A stretch of 64,000 nucleotides of DNA from Podarcis muralis (taxonomy: Eukaryota). Positions 33,813 to 47,103 of this stretch are shown piece by piece (positions within the stretch are counted from its first letter, which is position 1; each line of letters opens with the position of its first letter). Under the pieces are notes generated by a model that was not told the origin of the DNA, made no database searches, and was given only the letters and a program-made list of their open reading frames with translations. Where the stretch lies: contig NC_135659.1 of the NCBI RefSeq assembly GCF_964188315.1, positions 21,266,001 through 21,330,000 of the forward strand, in the 5' to 3' direction. The translations under genes were made by a program, and so were the position numbers.

Positions 33813-36800
33813 GTAGGCGTTTTTCCTAACAGAGAGTTTTCTTTCATTTTTAATATATTAATTGTTTGAAATAAATAGAAATCATATTTTATTTTTCATA
33901 TTTTGTTTTGATTCTCATTACTCTGGTTTTATTTCTGGATTCTCAGGTACCCTAAATTATAAGTGTTTGCCGCAAATCCTACTCCAGGTTTCAATTCCGT
34001 AAATCCTTTCCAAGCTATCGAAGTGTCCATATTTATATCTCGCTATCAAAGTTTGCTGCTAATCTGAAAATGCTATGCATGATTGCAAGGAAACATAGAT
34101 GAGGAGGAGATCATCATTATACTCCAAATTTGGCATTGTGCCAGCCATAATATTTAATGTTGGCATTTCTGTTTATAAATTCTCCCCTTTGAGATTTTTA
34201 CCATAATAATTCAGCTGTAAAACCAGATTGTATGTTTAAAATGTTGGGACTGACCATCCAAACATGTAGGAACATGTTTCTTTCTGAAGTTGTGAAAACA
34301 AAGCAAAACAATCAAAAGCCCTTGGAGCCTATGAAGGCTGCTTCCATAACGCTTGATTTTTGCCAGCAGGAATGAACCCACAAGTCATTGCAGTGATAAT
34401 ACGGAAAGAGCTTACACCAGTGACCTCTCAAAAATCAGACAGTAGGCTGCTATGCTCTTAGTTGCAATGCTGGCTGGGTGATTTGGCACCAAACTGAAAG
34501 TGCTATCATAGAAGTACAAGCTTGTGAAGAATATTTGCAGCAGTCCCTCCACAATGCACCATTTGAGATGTTCTGTCCATTCATTCATCCAGCCATTCAT
34601 TTATTCGAGTATTTCTAAACCACCAACTTATTAAAAAAATATGGCCTCCAATTTTTTTTAAAAAACCCCATAAAATTACAAAATCATAAAAAACAACACT
34701 GAAATGCTTGGCTAAACAGAAATGTTTTCAACAGGCAGTGAAATGATAGAATTGTGAGTGCCTGTGTGATTTCAGTGGGAGCAGTGTTCCAAAATATTAG
34801 TTTTTGTAGAAGCTAAATGAATAGAAAATAAACCAAATAGAAAGTAAACTACAAATCACCATTTGTACACACTAAACTAAATAACCATGGCACAGCCAGG
34901 AGGGCTTCGGCTTGTTCCACTTCTGCTGTTTAGGGGACTCTGCACCCATGTTAGTTTCTAGGGCTTTGTTCCCTAACCTGACCCTAGGAAAACCCTGGGG
35001 AAAAGTTATGAGTCATTTTTTAAATTGACCTAATTATTGTATATTTGCTCAGATTAATAAAATACAGGAACAGTCAACCTGTTGGGACTTGTTGAACAAA
35101 TCAGCGAAACTGTGTATATGTACACACACACCCAGAACCAAGCTCGCACTACAACCTATTCTATTGGCCACAACAGAATGCTTCTTTCAGACAGTGAGAA
35201 GGGACTCTGAAGGAAAGCCTGCACAAGCCCATGTGTGACCCTTTGTCAAAGTGCTTTTTACGAATGTATAAACAGTGAACACTCTTGGCATATTTCTGTG
35301 GAATTCCAGGTTGTTTCCACAAGCTACATTCATTTCTTCGTTTACCATAAAGCAGCAAGGGTTTTCTGAGAGATTTTTGGAACCCTGAGTCATATTCTGA
35401 TATCCTAATAAGGCACAAGATCATGCTTAACCTATTCCAGTGGAACAGAAATAAAGGTCTCAGGTGGTATCAGAGGTCTGCTTACTACCACCTATTTGGC
35501 TTTGTAGCAAAACAAACCCCAACCCAGTTTTGCCACCCTTCTTCTTCCTGTAATGTTTAGGGAAAGGAATGGGAACTATTTGGCTGTGCTGGAGTGAACA
35601 TGACTGTTCTGTGCACTGAACTTTGAACAAGACCACGAGCATTTTAGGCTGGGAAGGAAGTTAGGAAGACCAATTGATTGCCATTTTCCATTACTGCTAA
35701 TAGACTTTCCAACAAGCCCAATTATACTTTTAGCACACTAAAAACTAGTAAGTTTGCCAATTGTAGTAACACACTGGAAAGATTTCAACAGCCAGCTGTT
35801 CAAAATTTTGAGATTAGTTCTTAGATTAAATGTATTCAAGTTCACAGTTGGGTTAATTGTATTATATTATGTATGGGGGAAAGTGTGAAGCGAGCTAATC
35901 TTAATTCTTTATTTATTATTAATTTATATAGGCAGCATTTAAAACAACAAAGCTAAAAAGCCAAAACAACTTCATCGTAGTTGAGGGGTTTTTGTTTTTT
36001 GTTTGTTTCTTAACTTGCACTCAGCTAAATGAATTACTCTAAGAGCTGCATTTAAGATACTTAAGCTTGGGTAGATCATTCCATTCTATTTTTATATATT
36101 CATTTCTTGTCAAATAATCAGTTCCCTCCCCAATACAAGTCCTTTGTTCTCCAGACTAGATTATTGTTGTTTTTCACTGCATTGTAAGTGTCTCAGGTTT
36201 ATTGGATACAAAAAGTGTGCTTTTTAATTAGTCCTCACCCTCTGCCTTCAAAATACTATTTTTGTGACTCTTAGAAGGAATATTAACTTTGCTTTACAGC
36301 ATAGAGTTGAAACTGCATCTTTGTGCTTTGAAGAATATTCCTTGCCAAGATGACATTTTTAAGCCAAGAGGGTGAAAAATGTGGTGCTACAAAGATTGAC
36401 AATGTCCTGTTAATATTTATAACCAAATTGTATATATTTTGCTTATGAGTTAATAATTCTGTAGGTTTACACTTGCTACAATATGAAGGTTTTGTTTTCT
36501 CTTCTGTATATTCCAATTTGACATAACATTTAATATGAGCCCTCTCTTTCTTTTCCCTTTCTGTGACAGACTTCATTATGGCCTATTGATGCCTTTATTT
36601 TACCTAGGACTGTCAAACCTGTCCATTTAACTACTTTCATTCTAGCATTTGAAATCCAGTGATACATTTGGTGGATATTTAGTCAAGGCAACATTTTCCT
36701 TTTAACAGAAATACAAATATATCTTTTTTAGCACTGAAAACCAATTTATACACACAGATTCATGGAAGGGCAGGCATAGCTTACAACAGTGGCATTAACC

Positions 36801-39119
36801 CAGTATTTGTTCAGAGAGACCAGTTCTGGTTTATAATTAGTTTTTTGTTATTAAAGAAACCACAATATTAAATCTGTGATTATTGAAGTCATAATTTAAT
36901 CTACTTGCGAATCCAGTTTATGCATTTTCTTCTGATTTTACCCTAGAGATGTCCAAAATTGCCTGCAATGCAATTTGGCTGTGTGGCTATTTCTTACCTA
37001 TCTTTTTCTTGAGAGTAGTTTATGATGTCCTCTTAACGTAGGCATCATGTTTAATGTAGTGAACTCGGATTGCTGTTTGAAGTTAATGACAGCCTATCAG
37101 GCTATGATTAAATATGTATAAGTTGTCACACTATACTCATATTTTCATAGTTCTTGTAGTGGGATCAGCATGAGTTGATTTTAGGTATATAAAGATTGAG
37201 GGAAGGAGGGAAGTACAATGAATGCACCCCCAGCTCTCTCTTTTTAAAATGAGAACACAACAGAAAAATAAGAACATTTCTCTCACTGCGTGTATGTGTG
37301 TGTGTGTGTGCTGTTTTTTATACGAGCAGTGAGAAACACAGTAATTAGGAGTCAGGCGCAAGATCTTGGAATCCAATAAGGATAATAGTGGCTACTGACT
37401 CTCTTTTCATTAGACAATACAGATGAATCTTCAGCACAGTGTTGTGCTATTGAGTGCTTTACCCTAATGAGCAAAAAAGAATCTGATGTCTAAAAGTTTA
37501 AATGGGTAACTCATTATGATGGTGCCACCATATTGACAGTCCTATGAATAAGGTCATTCATGCAGGTTGGTGGTTTCCCAACTTCCTACTCTCAGAGACC
37601 CCTTTCCACATCATTTAAAATGTATTTAGTATCTCATTTTATATTCCATCTTCCTATACATTTGTGTGTGAACAAACTACCTAGGCATTGCAGTGGATAG
37701 AAGATTCTACGTTTGAGAATGCACATTCAGTTCACTAGGACCGTCCACCAGGCCTGTTGAGTATAAATGACCATCGCCCCAAATAAAACAAAAAGTGTTC
37801 TAGAGCGCAACTGACAAGACTGCACAGTCCTGACTTTGCTGACACCATGCTTCTCCCCTCACTGTTCTGGTAAGCAGCAGCAGTGCTGCTGCTGGAAAGC
37901 CATGGCTGCAGCTCCATTCTACTGGATGAGATGCTGCTGCTGTCATCCAGGATTTAATCCCAAATTGTGCTGTTGACCTGCATCAATGAGATGGGTGAAT
38001 GACTTGGATTTTCCAAGCTTGTCTGCTTGGGTTCTTGTTGCAATGCTGACCCAGACTTGATGGTTAGGAAGGAGGTGGTCACTCTGCTATCCCATCTCCC
38101 TCTTCAGCTTCCTGTCTGATCAAATTCAGTTTCGAGTGTTTGCACTTGGTATTAGGCACTTAGTTTGAAATTCCATTATTGCATATATCATCCTGCTGCC
38201 TAACAGTCTCCTTGCTGGGATTGGTCTTGTTTTTGGTTTTGAGGAGCCACAGAACAGTGGTTTGGGGGGGGGGGAGACTTCAACACACATGCTTAGACTG
38301 CCATATCTTTTATGGGCCAGGATTTTTGCTGCAGTCATTCCAAAATGCTCCTAACTCAACAAGTGCAGCAGGTTATATAATTCCTCAACCAGAAAGGATG
38401 ATTGCTACTAGATTCCTGAGAGTCCTTTCTGTTAGCATGCTTCTCATTCCTGTTCAATCACATTCTAGAATTCAGAAATTACCTGTTGTGTAGACATGAT
38501 GATTTTTAAGCACTCTGTACCACTGTATATAACTGTCTTGGCTCTTTTGTACATCAAGTACTTGGAGATGATGAATTGGTTGGGATGATCGCCAGATGTA
38601 TGTGGAGGGAAAGCTGAATCAAGTGTGACCAAACACAGTTTAGAGCTCACTTTATAGTTTATATTGTGGCGGTAACAGCAGCTAAGAAGGAATGCTTTCC
38701 TAGCATCACTGTATCTGCACAATACTGGCTGGAGGAGCAATTTTGAGTGGCTAAAGGAGTCCTTTAGATGGATCTCTAGGTTATATTGGAGAATGCTCAA
38801 GTGCCCACTGTGGACATTTGCAAACCACTTCAAAACTTTGAGACCATAATTATAGCATGTAAAGAAAAATAACTCTTTTCTCTTTAGAGTGAGGACTAGG
38901 CAGGATTGAAGCTACAGAAGGCATGATAATGTTTGAGCCTGGTGTGAAAACTAAGAAGAACAGGGATGTGATTTATACCCTAACTTGTTCATATAAATTC
39001 ATGGTACTGTGTGAATGGCACTGTACTGGGGTGAGAGTCTTGACTAATAACTTGAAAAGTAATCCTGCTACATTGTATTATGGCTACATTGTCAAGGTGA
39101 GAGTCCGTTTTATTCTGTT

Positions 39120-39420
39120 CTGTTTATTTAAATGATTTATATACCGTCCTCCAGCAATACTTTCAGGGTGATCTGCAAAAACAAGATAAATACAAAAGCA
39201 AAATATAATTGATGGTTTAAATAGTAATACAAAGAAAATAATGGAAAATTTAACAATTCCTGGTGCAAAAAAGGTACTAGGATTAGCACAAGCTTAACTT
39301 CAATGAGGAAGTAATTCCATAAGAGTGTGTCATAGCTGAGAAGACTCTCTCTAGACACCAACCACCTTTCCTCAGCTGGTGGGGACACCAGGACAACTAG
39401 ACAGCCTCAATTGTGGTCTT
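39120..39420 (-). mobile_element. L2-like LINE 3' relic
   Basis: atttatataccgtcctcc...ttccataagagtgtgtcatagctgagaagactctctct resembles the reverse-complemented L2 3' end. Boundaries approximate. Confidence 0.45.
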
Positions 39421-39618
39421 TAAGGCAGCCTTCCCAATCTGGTTCCATTCAGATGTTTGCTGGGGAAGTGTGTGGTGAACACTGAGAATTGGATTAGAAT
39501 AGAGGGCAGTCTGTTTCCACATTCACATACCTTTTCTTGGGTTCCTTGGAGGTTAGTTAATGCATTAGTGAAACAAAAGGAAAGAAACGGCTCTCTTTCC
39601 CTTGCCTATTCTTAAATA

Positions 39619-39870
39619 CAGTCGTACCTTGGTTGTCAAATGCCTTGGTACTTGGACGTTTTGGCTCCCAAATGGCGCAAACCCAGAAGTGTGTGTTCTG
39701 GTTTGTGAACGTTTTTCAGAAGCCGAACGTTCCAACGCAGCTTCTGCGGCTTCCAATTGAGTGCAGGAAGCTCCTGCAGCCATTTGGAAGCTGTGCCTTG
39801 GTTTCTGAACCGTTTCAGGAGTCAAACGGGCTCCTGGAAAGGATTAAGTTCGACAACAAAGGTACGACTG
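39619..39870. mobile_element. Tigger/pogo-like MITE (CAGTCGTACC family)
   Basis: TA-CAGTCGTACCTTGGTTGTCAAA ... TTCGACAACAAAGGTACGACTG-TA. Confidence 0.88.
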
Positions 39871-41303
39871 TATGAGAGCAGCCAGCCAAATCTACACTTT
39901 CAACATTTTTTTATTGTTAAACACTGAAGTTTATTTTTAAAAACTTTCTTTAAAAATTTAATTTTTCTTTGAGACTTCCGCATATGCTAGAGTAAAGACA
40001 TTTGCTACTACTGTGAACTGAAAAATGCTTTTGATATGTACCATATACTGATTATCCAAACATTGAGATGGTACATTACAGATGCCATTATGTCACCTTT
40101 CTCCTCTGAGCTTTTCTTATTAGTTTTTAAAGGCTGTTTTTTTCAAAACACACACACAAAAACCCAGTATTTTTCAACAGTACACCAGGCAACACTAGCT
40201 AGATTAATTATAGAACAAAGTCTCGAGTTAATATATTTTTTATTAAGCATCTTCCTAAAGGAAATATAAAGCAGTGCTTTGAACTGACTATACCTATGTT
40301 TGCTGTTAAAAGTTTTGAAGCTACCTGTGGTACCTATTTTGTGTCATTTTTTTACTCTTTGTAATTTCAGGTGATTCCCCCCTTTCATTCTTATATACAT
40401 ATACATACGTAGAATATATATATATATATAGATATATTCTATCATTCTTGATGCAAACTCTGACACCAAGTGCTGACAAGCCCTACTAATATCTATGAGC
40501 ATTTTAATATATATATTAGGGGCGTGTGCTTTTTGTAACTCATTATTTTTTTTCCAGTTTCTAAGAACCAGCAGCACTGCTGCAGTAGCAGGTTGGAGCT
40601 GTCATGACAGCAGTTGGACAGGAGCTGCAACCCTGCAAGCACTCCTGTCTGGAAACTGCTTCAATTGTTTTCACTTGCTGTAGCAGTGTTGCTGGTTGCC
40701 AGATAATGTAATACCTTTGTCCCCACCTAGGGATGCTTGGAAAGTTCAGTCTTTGCTAATGCCTACACTGAACTGCTCTGTTTCTTGATAAATGGGATAC
40801 AGTCTGTGTCCTCTGGCAAAAGTGGAACACATCTAAATCTGATCTGGATCATGAATGTATCCATGCTCTGCATTACTCTGCCCTCTTAAATGTGGTTGGG
40901 ACACAAAGTGCAGTTTCTTGCATTTTTATCTTTTAGTTCTGCTACAAGACTTAAATGTAACTGTTCCATTTGTTTGCTAGCCTTTGAACCCCTCTTTTCT
41001 AATCTGATGAAGGTTCTAGCCTACAAAGGCTCATACTAAACTGCTGCCTTTAGGATACCCCAAAACTCTCTGTTGTTTTCTTTTTCTATAAAAACTTATT
41101 TAAATATTTTGGAAATCATCATAACCTTACTTAAATATTTTTTTCTGTGGAAGGTAAGCTTGCCTTGTTCTTTTAGCCTTTATTAGACTCTTTCCTTATA
41201 TGCCCATGTAGGTTTCATGTGAGGCAAATACATGGTTGGTCTACTCATGGGATATTATATTTTGCAGCAATGCTAGGGATATATCAAGATAGATAGCTAA
41301 CTA

Positions 41304-41505
41304 CCGTATTTTTTGCTCTATAAGATGCACTTTCCCCCTCCTAAAAAGTAAGGGGAAATGTGTGTGCGTCTTATGGAGCGAATGCAGGCTGCGTGGCTAA
41401 GCCAGAAGACAGAACAGCGAGAAGTCGTTTCAGAAGTCGAACGGACATTTCGGAAGTTGAATGGACTTCCAGAACAGATTCCGTTCAACTTCTGAGGTAC
41501 GACTG
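41304..41505. mobile_element. Hybrid MITE: Tc2-like left end (41304-41422) fused to Tigger-like right end (41423-41505)
   Basis: Starts TA-CCGTATTTTTTGCTCTATAAG, colinear with 8522 up to cagaagacagaacagcgaga; ends TTCAACTTCTGAGGTACGACTG-TA, similar to the right end at 39870. Confidence 0.8.
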
Positions 41506-42205
41506 TATACCGTATAATTCTATGCCATAGCAGAAGGGCCACTCAGCACTAGAGCTATGCATTCAAAAGGTCCTGGATCTAGGCCCTGACATCCCTTGGT
41601 AGGACTGAAACAACTGCCTTCTTCCAGTCAAGTGTCTTCACCATATACCTTGAGACACCTGGTCTTTGGAAGGTCCAAGCCTCCAGGTAAGCTCTGGAGG
41701 AGATACATTTCTCTACTTGGTTCTGCATTGGGGCAAAAACAATTAAACCCCAGTGTTAGCATACCACACCAGATCTCGTAAAATTTGATTTCATTAGTGC
41801 ACATAACACTTTTGAGAACATTTTGAGACAAGTAAGGTTGATATATAGGAACAGCTGGCATTGTACAGTGAGTTTTTGTTAGAAGTTTGTCTAAAAATAC
41901 ATTGTTAAAAGTCTTTGCAGGGTTCATTTTAAAAACAATAAAATGTGCTTTCTATGCATATACTTGGAAGTTGTGTATTTGTTTCTAAATGAAAAGAAAC
42001 CCGGTATCTACCTATCTATCTTGTTGACATCAAACAGTCCTCTGATATGCAAATCCCAGCTATGGGGAGAATAGATACAGAGTTTGTTTTGGATTCAGTC
42101 CAGGTCTGAGGAAAGCAGCATTTAAAGAGCTTGCATCCAAACATTGCATCATTTCATTTTTTGAAAATATTTTGAGGAAATTAAAAGTGTGTGTGTCTCA
42201 GCATA

Positions 42206-42320
42206 CAGTCATACCTCGGGTTAGAGACGCTTCAGGTTGCATACCGCTCCGAACCTGGAAGTATCGAAATGGGTTACTTCCGGGTTTCGGCGCTCGCGCA
42301 TGCGCAAAATCTGCTGCCTT
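42206..42320. mobile_element. Left half of a Tigger/pogo-like MITE
   Basis: TA-CAGTCATACCTCGGGTTAGAGACGCTTCAGG; CpG-rich; no matching right TIR found nearby. Confidence 0.6.
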
Positions 42321-42406
42321 GGTTTCTCTCTCCCCCTGAAATCATGCCCTGTGTTTAATGTTACGGGGAACTCTATCCTGGGGAAGGGAAGCCTTCTTCC
42401 TTCGCT

Positions 42407-42452
42407 CTTCTTCTTCTTCTTCTTCTTCTTCTTCTTCTTCTTCTTCTTCTTC
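42407..42452. repeat. (CTT)n microsatellite
   Basis: About 15 perfect units. Confidence 0.95.
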
Positions 42453-42594
42453 CTCAGGGGTGAGCTCCTTCTCTGCCCCCCCCCCCAGCAAGGTCCCATG
42501 GGGTTATAAAGCAAGCCAAACCATTTAGCACTGACCCCATTCATTCCAGCAGCTGGCCATCACCCACTCAAGCCCTGTGAAAAATATCATCACC

Positions 42595-42665
42595 ATTATT
42601 ATTATTATTATTATTATTAGTAGTAGTAGTAGTAGCCCTCCACCCATATCAGGGCGGCTCACAGC
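42595..42665 (-). repeat. Compound (ATT)n(TAG)n microsatellite forming the tail of an L2-like 3' end
   Basis: Repeat 42595-42635 abuts ccacccatatcagggcggctcacagc (reverse complement gtgagccgccctga). Confidence 0.75.
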
Positions 42666-42827
42666 CTGAAACTACGGTACTAAGCACATGCTAAAAACTA
42701 GAACAAAGGCAAACCAAGCCAGGCCAGCAACCCTCCTTCTCCCTTATTTGTGAAACAAGCCTGTTAATTGCCTATCCAACAATAACCAAAAGCCACTGAA
42801 GGTTTTTGAGATAAATGCAAGCTAAAA

Positions 42828-42880
42828 AGCATTGCAGGGGGTTGGGCTAGATGACCCGCAGGGTCCCTTCCGATTCTACG
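42828..42880 (+). mobile_element. CR1 3' end fragment
   Basis: cattgcagggggttgggctagatgacccgcagggtcccttccgattctacg. Confidence 0.65.
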
Positions 42881-43101
42881 TTTTTCTGAAAAACACACAC
42901 ACACAACCCAACTACGGTCCCTCTGCAGTCCTCACCCCAAGCAACTGTGTGCGTGCTTTGTCTTACTACCTGTGGTTTTTGGTCTCTCGTCAGCCCCCTC
43001 CCCCCAATCTATTCATATTCCTTTCTCCCTAATCGCCAGTATTACATTTTTCTCTGGTTGAGACTTAAAACAGAAAGCCCCAATTCCCAACTGTGTTTCT
43101 T

Positions 43102-43187
43102 GCTGCAGTCCTACTGTCTACTCAGAAGTAAGGTCCTATTAGATTCAGTAGGACTTACTCTCAGGTAAGTGCAGTTAGGGCTGCAGC
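43102..43187. mobile_element. About 90-bp palindromic MITE-like repeat
   Basis: gctgcagtccta..ctactcagaagtaaggtcctattagattcagtaggacttactctcaggtaag..ttagggctgcagc; terminal arms gctgcag(t/c)ccta are inverted. Confidence 0.6.
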
Positions 43188-43289
43188 CTTTGTGACCCAG
43201 GTTTTGAGTCCTTTTTAGGTTCAGGATGTCACTGCTTTAGCTAACAGTGAAATTCTCAAAAGTCAGCCCCACTGTTTCCAACAAGGTTT

Positions 43290-43646
43290 AAAGGTAAAGG
43301 TAAAGGGAACCCTGACCATTAGGTCCAGTTGTGACTGACTCTGGGGTTGCGGCGCTCATCTCGCTTTATTGGCCGAGGGAGCCGGTGTACAGCTTCCGGG
43401 TCATGTGGCCAGCATGACTAAGCCGCTTCTGGCGAACCAGAGCAGCGCACAGAAACGCCGTTTACCTTCCCGCCGGAGCGGTACCTATTTATCTACTTGC
43501 ACTTTGAGGTGCTTTCGAACTGCTAGGTGGGCAGGAGCAGGGACCAAGCAACGGGAGCTCACCCCGTCGTGGGGATTTGAACCACTGACCTTCTGATCGG
43601 CAAGCCCTAGGCTCTGTGGTTTAACCCACAGCGCCATCCACGTCCC
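43290..43646 (-). mobile_element. Full-length Sauria SINE inserted in an L2 relic
   Basis: Reverse complement begins GGGACGTGGATGGCGCTGTGG (A box), has a B-box-like GGTTCAAATCC, the core, and a (ACCTTT)n tail at 43290-43306. Confidence 0.95.
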
Positions 43647-44112
43647 GCTACTTACATACAAAGCCCTAAATAACCCTGGATCAGGTTACCTGAAATACCT
43701 CCTCCTTCACTTGTCCAGGAAGGGGACTATGATCAGCTAATCAGTTTCAGCATGGCCTGATGAGCATTGGCTTGTGATAACACGGAAGCAGCTTTCCTCA
43801 CTGTTAGGGTCAGTGCTGGTGAAATATGAGAGGCTGTCTCAGTGTTGGCATTCTGCTAGATCCTGAAGGCACACCTGTTTAGGCAAGCCCTCCCCTGAAC
43901 TGAACTTCTGATTTTATTATTTTAACTTTAAGAAAAAAACTGTTTTAATTGCCATGTCTTTAATTGTTTGTTTAATTGTATGTGTCAATTACGGATGTTT
44001 TAATGCTGTGATATGTTTTAATTATGGATTGATGTTATTGATTTTATAGCTCTAAACTTCCTTAGAAGCCATTCTGGCATAAAAGTGGCATGTAACGTAA
44101 TAAATAATAAAA
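43647..44112 (+). mobile_element. L2 LINE 3' relic (continues 5' of the SINE at about 43265-43295)
   Basis: Translates as LLTYKALNNPGSGYLKY..., later LKAHLFRQA, typical of the L2 ORF2 C-terminus; T-rich 3' UTR and aataaataataa tail. Confidence 0.65.
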
Positions 44113-45757
44113 TGGAGCCAGCAAATTGAAGGAACCGCACTAGTAGCCTCTGAACAGCAACACATTTCTGAATGAATTTGTGATTTCTGGATTTTAAACA
44201 AATGATGACTATATGGCTTCTTCGCCTTTGCGTGAAACCTTATCTGGAATTGAGAGCTGATTAAAATATTAAGGGAAATTATATGGTCTCTCTCCCCCCC
44301 TGCCCCTGTGAACTTTAATGCTTCAGAATGAATGTGGTGATAAAATGTTAAGACTGCAGGTAAAAGGCAATGCAATTAAGCATCAGGGCTATCCTAATAC
44401 TACACCTCTTGTGTTTTGCAACATTTTTTTTTTTACACAGGGAAGCATTTGAACATATAACCTCCTAATGCTAAAATGTTACAGTCTAAAATATCAGTAC
44501 CTTGTGCTGTTTTTTTAAATGTTTCAATTTGTTCAGGGTTCCAAATAAATCAATACTACAGCCAGGTAAATGTGTTTAGGCTCAGAGTGCCACACTCTGC
44601 AGATTCTGCTATTCAGTGAGTGCATGTTTAACTGATTTGGGGGCAGCGGAGTCGGGGGTGCAACTTCAATACCTTGACAACAAGGTTTTGTTACCTAAAG
44701 GACATATGTTGCCATTGTGGTTTGAATTACATTTGTTTCAAATATTGGTTGACTCAGTTAGCACACAGCTGTTAATTTTCTTTTAAGGCCATTTTCTTTA
44801 TCCCACTTAGCCTTGTCCTGTCAAGGAAGAGGAAGATATCATAGAAATAGGATAGATCAGTGGCAGACTTATGGGTGGCAGTTTTCTTCTCAGCTTGAAC
44901 ATAGCTCTGACAGCCGCCTTACACCTGCCACGCTTGCAGGTCTTTAGAGTTGGCAGTGTAATAGTATCCTCAGCCAACAATAAAAGAAAAACATGCAGTT
45001 GTTTTGCAGTCCTGGCATTACAGTTACTGAAATAAGTCACACACACACACACACACCTGCCATTTTATTTGGTCAAATATCTGTTTCTAGACAGACCTAG
45101 AAACCCTGCGTGCTCCTTGGAGGAAGAGAAAGTTTTAAATAATAGAAAATACTGTAATAAATTCATTGGGAAGCAGTTTGGGGATGAGTTTAATAGAAAA
45201 AACACGAGAACAAAGTTTCTGTGGCATAGCATTGTAGTCTGAAATGTGTTCCAATGAGCTGGTTCAGGCACCATGGTAGGCCTGAACTGCCTCAGGGTCT
45301 CCTTCAATGCCATGCTGGAGGTGGAGCGTACAGTGGCTCTCTGCAGCTTATTCCGGTCATGATAAACCATGTTTTACTGTGCTGCCAAAACTGGTCTAAT
45401 GCAAAATCATATTCTAAAAGGGATAGGGGGCAGCCATTATCATCAAAAACTCTACCTTCCAGCCCTGACGCTGTAGGTTAAATTCAAATTCAAGGGGGGT
45501 CTCAATCAGACCCTGACCTGCCACACTTTAGGGGTACAAGCTGGGATTATTCGTATCTACTTATATTAAGTGTGTGGGGGTGTGTCCAGTGGGGATTTTT
45601 GTTTCATCGGTTAAACATGACCCTTTGGTGGGTAGCAATATTTTGTTTAAAATCCTATCCTTTTAATAATTTTTAACCAAATTATTGCTTTGCGACGTTG
45701 GGCTACTCACAAATCCGCTTTGGCAGCAGTTAATTTTATTGTTCTTATTTTTTAAAG

Positions 45758-45866
45758 CATTTCAAGAAGCAGAAGAGACTGATTCCTGAAAGGACAGTTT
45801 GGAAGTACTTTGTTCAGCTCTGCAGTGCCTTGGAGCACATGCATTCACGGCGCGTCATGCATCGAG
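45758..45866 (+). CDS. NEK7: NEK7 exon 6 ([18 protein letters not shown]...RRVMHR)
   Basis: ttaaag|CATTTC ... CATCGAG|gtaact; 109 nt, phase 0-1. Confidence 0.98.
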
Positions 45867-46845
45867 GTAACTTAATTGCATTTAATCAAGCTAATGTCAT
45901 TCCAGTGTAGAGGTTGAAAGAAAAATATATTTCCAGCGTATGTGATTTTGTGTGAGTGTGCATATTACTGCAATGGCTTTTTACAAATTGCTTTTCCTCT
46001 TCGGGATAGGTAACTTGATAAATATTGCTCAGTAATAATCTTGGGTCCCTCCTTTAGCGAGAGCACATTAAAACATATTTGTGCTGGTACATTGGAGTGA
46101 TGACTATATTATGGGTTAAAATGAACAACTTGCAATTCATATGCATGCTATGTATATGCTGTAGATTCTTAAAAATCATTTATTTTTGAAGACTTATTCT
46201 GCATCTTTGGATTATGCGCCTCTCAAAATAATTCAGGTAATAATAATAAAAACCAAACACATGCACTAGCAGCCCTTATCCCTCTGGCTGATGGATAGGG
46301 TCAGTGTGCGCTTCCCTTTGGCTCTGCGGTTGGAGGGTAATTGGCAGTAGGGAGCAGAGTGTTTTCCTGGCAGGGAAGGGGTAGTATGCTCTCTGCAGCT
46401 GCTTCCTTGTCTGGCTGATGGATGGGAGCAGACTGCCGCAGACTGGGAGGCAGGAAGTGCAACTGGTCAGGGCTACTTAGTGCCCTGGGAGGTGGCAAAA
46501 ACAGAGTGTGCTTTCCTTTTGCTCTCTGGTTCCAGGACAACAGTCTCTAGGTTTGTCAAACTTCTTAGATACACAGGACGAAGTCCATTGCTAGTTATAT
46601 CTAGACTATTCACAACTGAAATCAGTAAATCAGCTCCTGTTGATTTCAGTGGTTCTACTCTTGAGTAAGAATAACATGGCCTAGCACCCATATACTTTTA
46701 ATAAGATGTGCTTAAAAGGTGTTGTTAACCTGGGGGAGCTAAACACACACACACAACTTCCCTTTAAGTATAGGAGACTGGCCTACCACAAAACTCCAAG
46801 GGGGAAGTATGACTATTTTCCTGCCAAAAAACAACTGGGAAACTA

Positions 46846-47103
46846 CCGTATGTTTCACTCTGTAAGATGCACCAGACCACAAGACGCACCTAGTTTTTGG
46901 AGGAGAAAAACAAGAAAAAAATATTCTGAATCTCAGAAGCCAGAACAGCAAGAGGGATCGCTGCGCAGTGAAAGCAGCAATCCCTTTTGCTGTTCTGGCT
47001 TCTGGGATAGCTGCGCAGGCTGCATTTGCTCCATAAGACGCACACACATTTCCCCTTACTTTTTAGGAGGGAAAAAGTGAGTCTTATAGAGCAAAAAATA
47101 CGG
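46846..47103. mobile_element. Tc2-like MITE copy (opposite orientation to 8522)
   Basis: TA-CCGTATGTTTCACTCTGTAAGATGCAC ... GTCTTATAGAGCAAAAAATACGG-TA; central hairpin present. Confidence 0.9.

Noticed and set aside
27638-43646. Possible inversion between the two inverted SINE+flank copies
   Set aside because: Exons 4 and 5 lie inside the interval and remain in the same orientation as the other exons.
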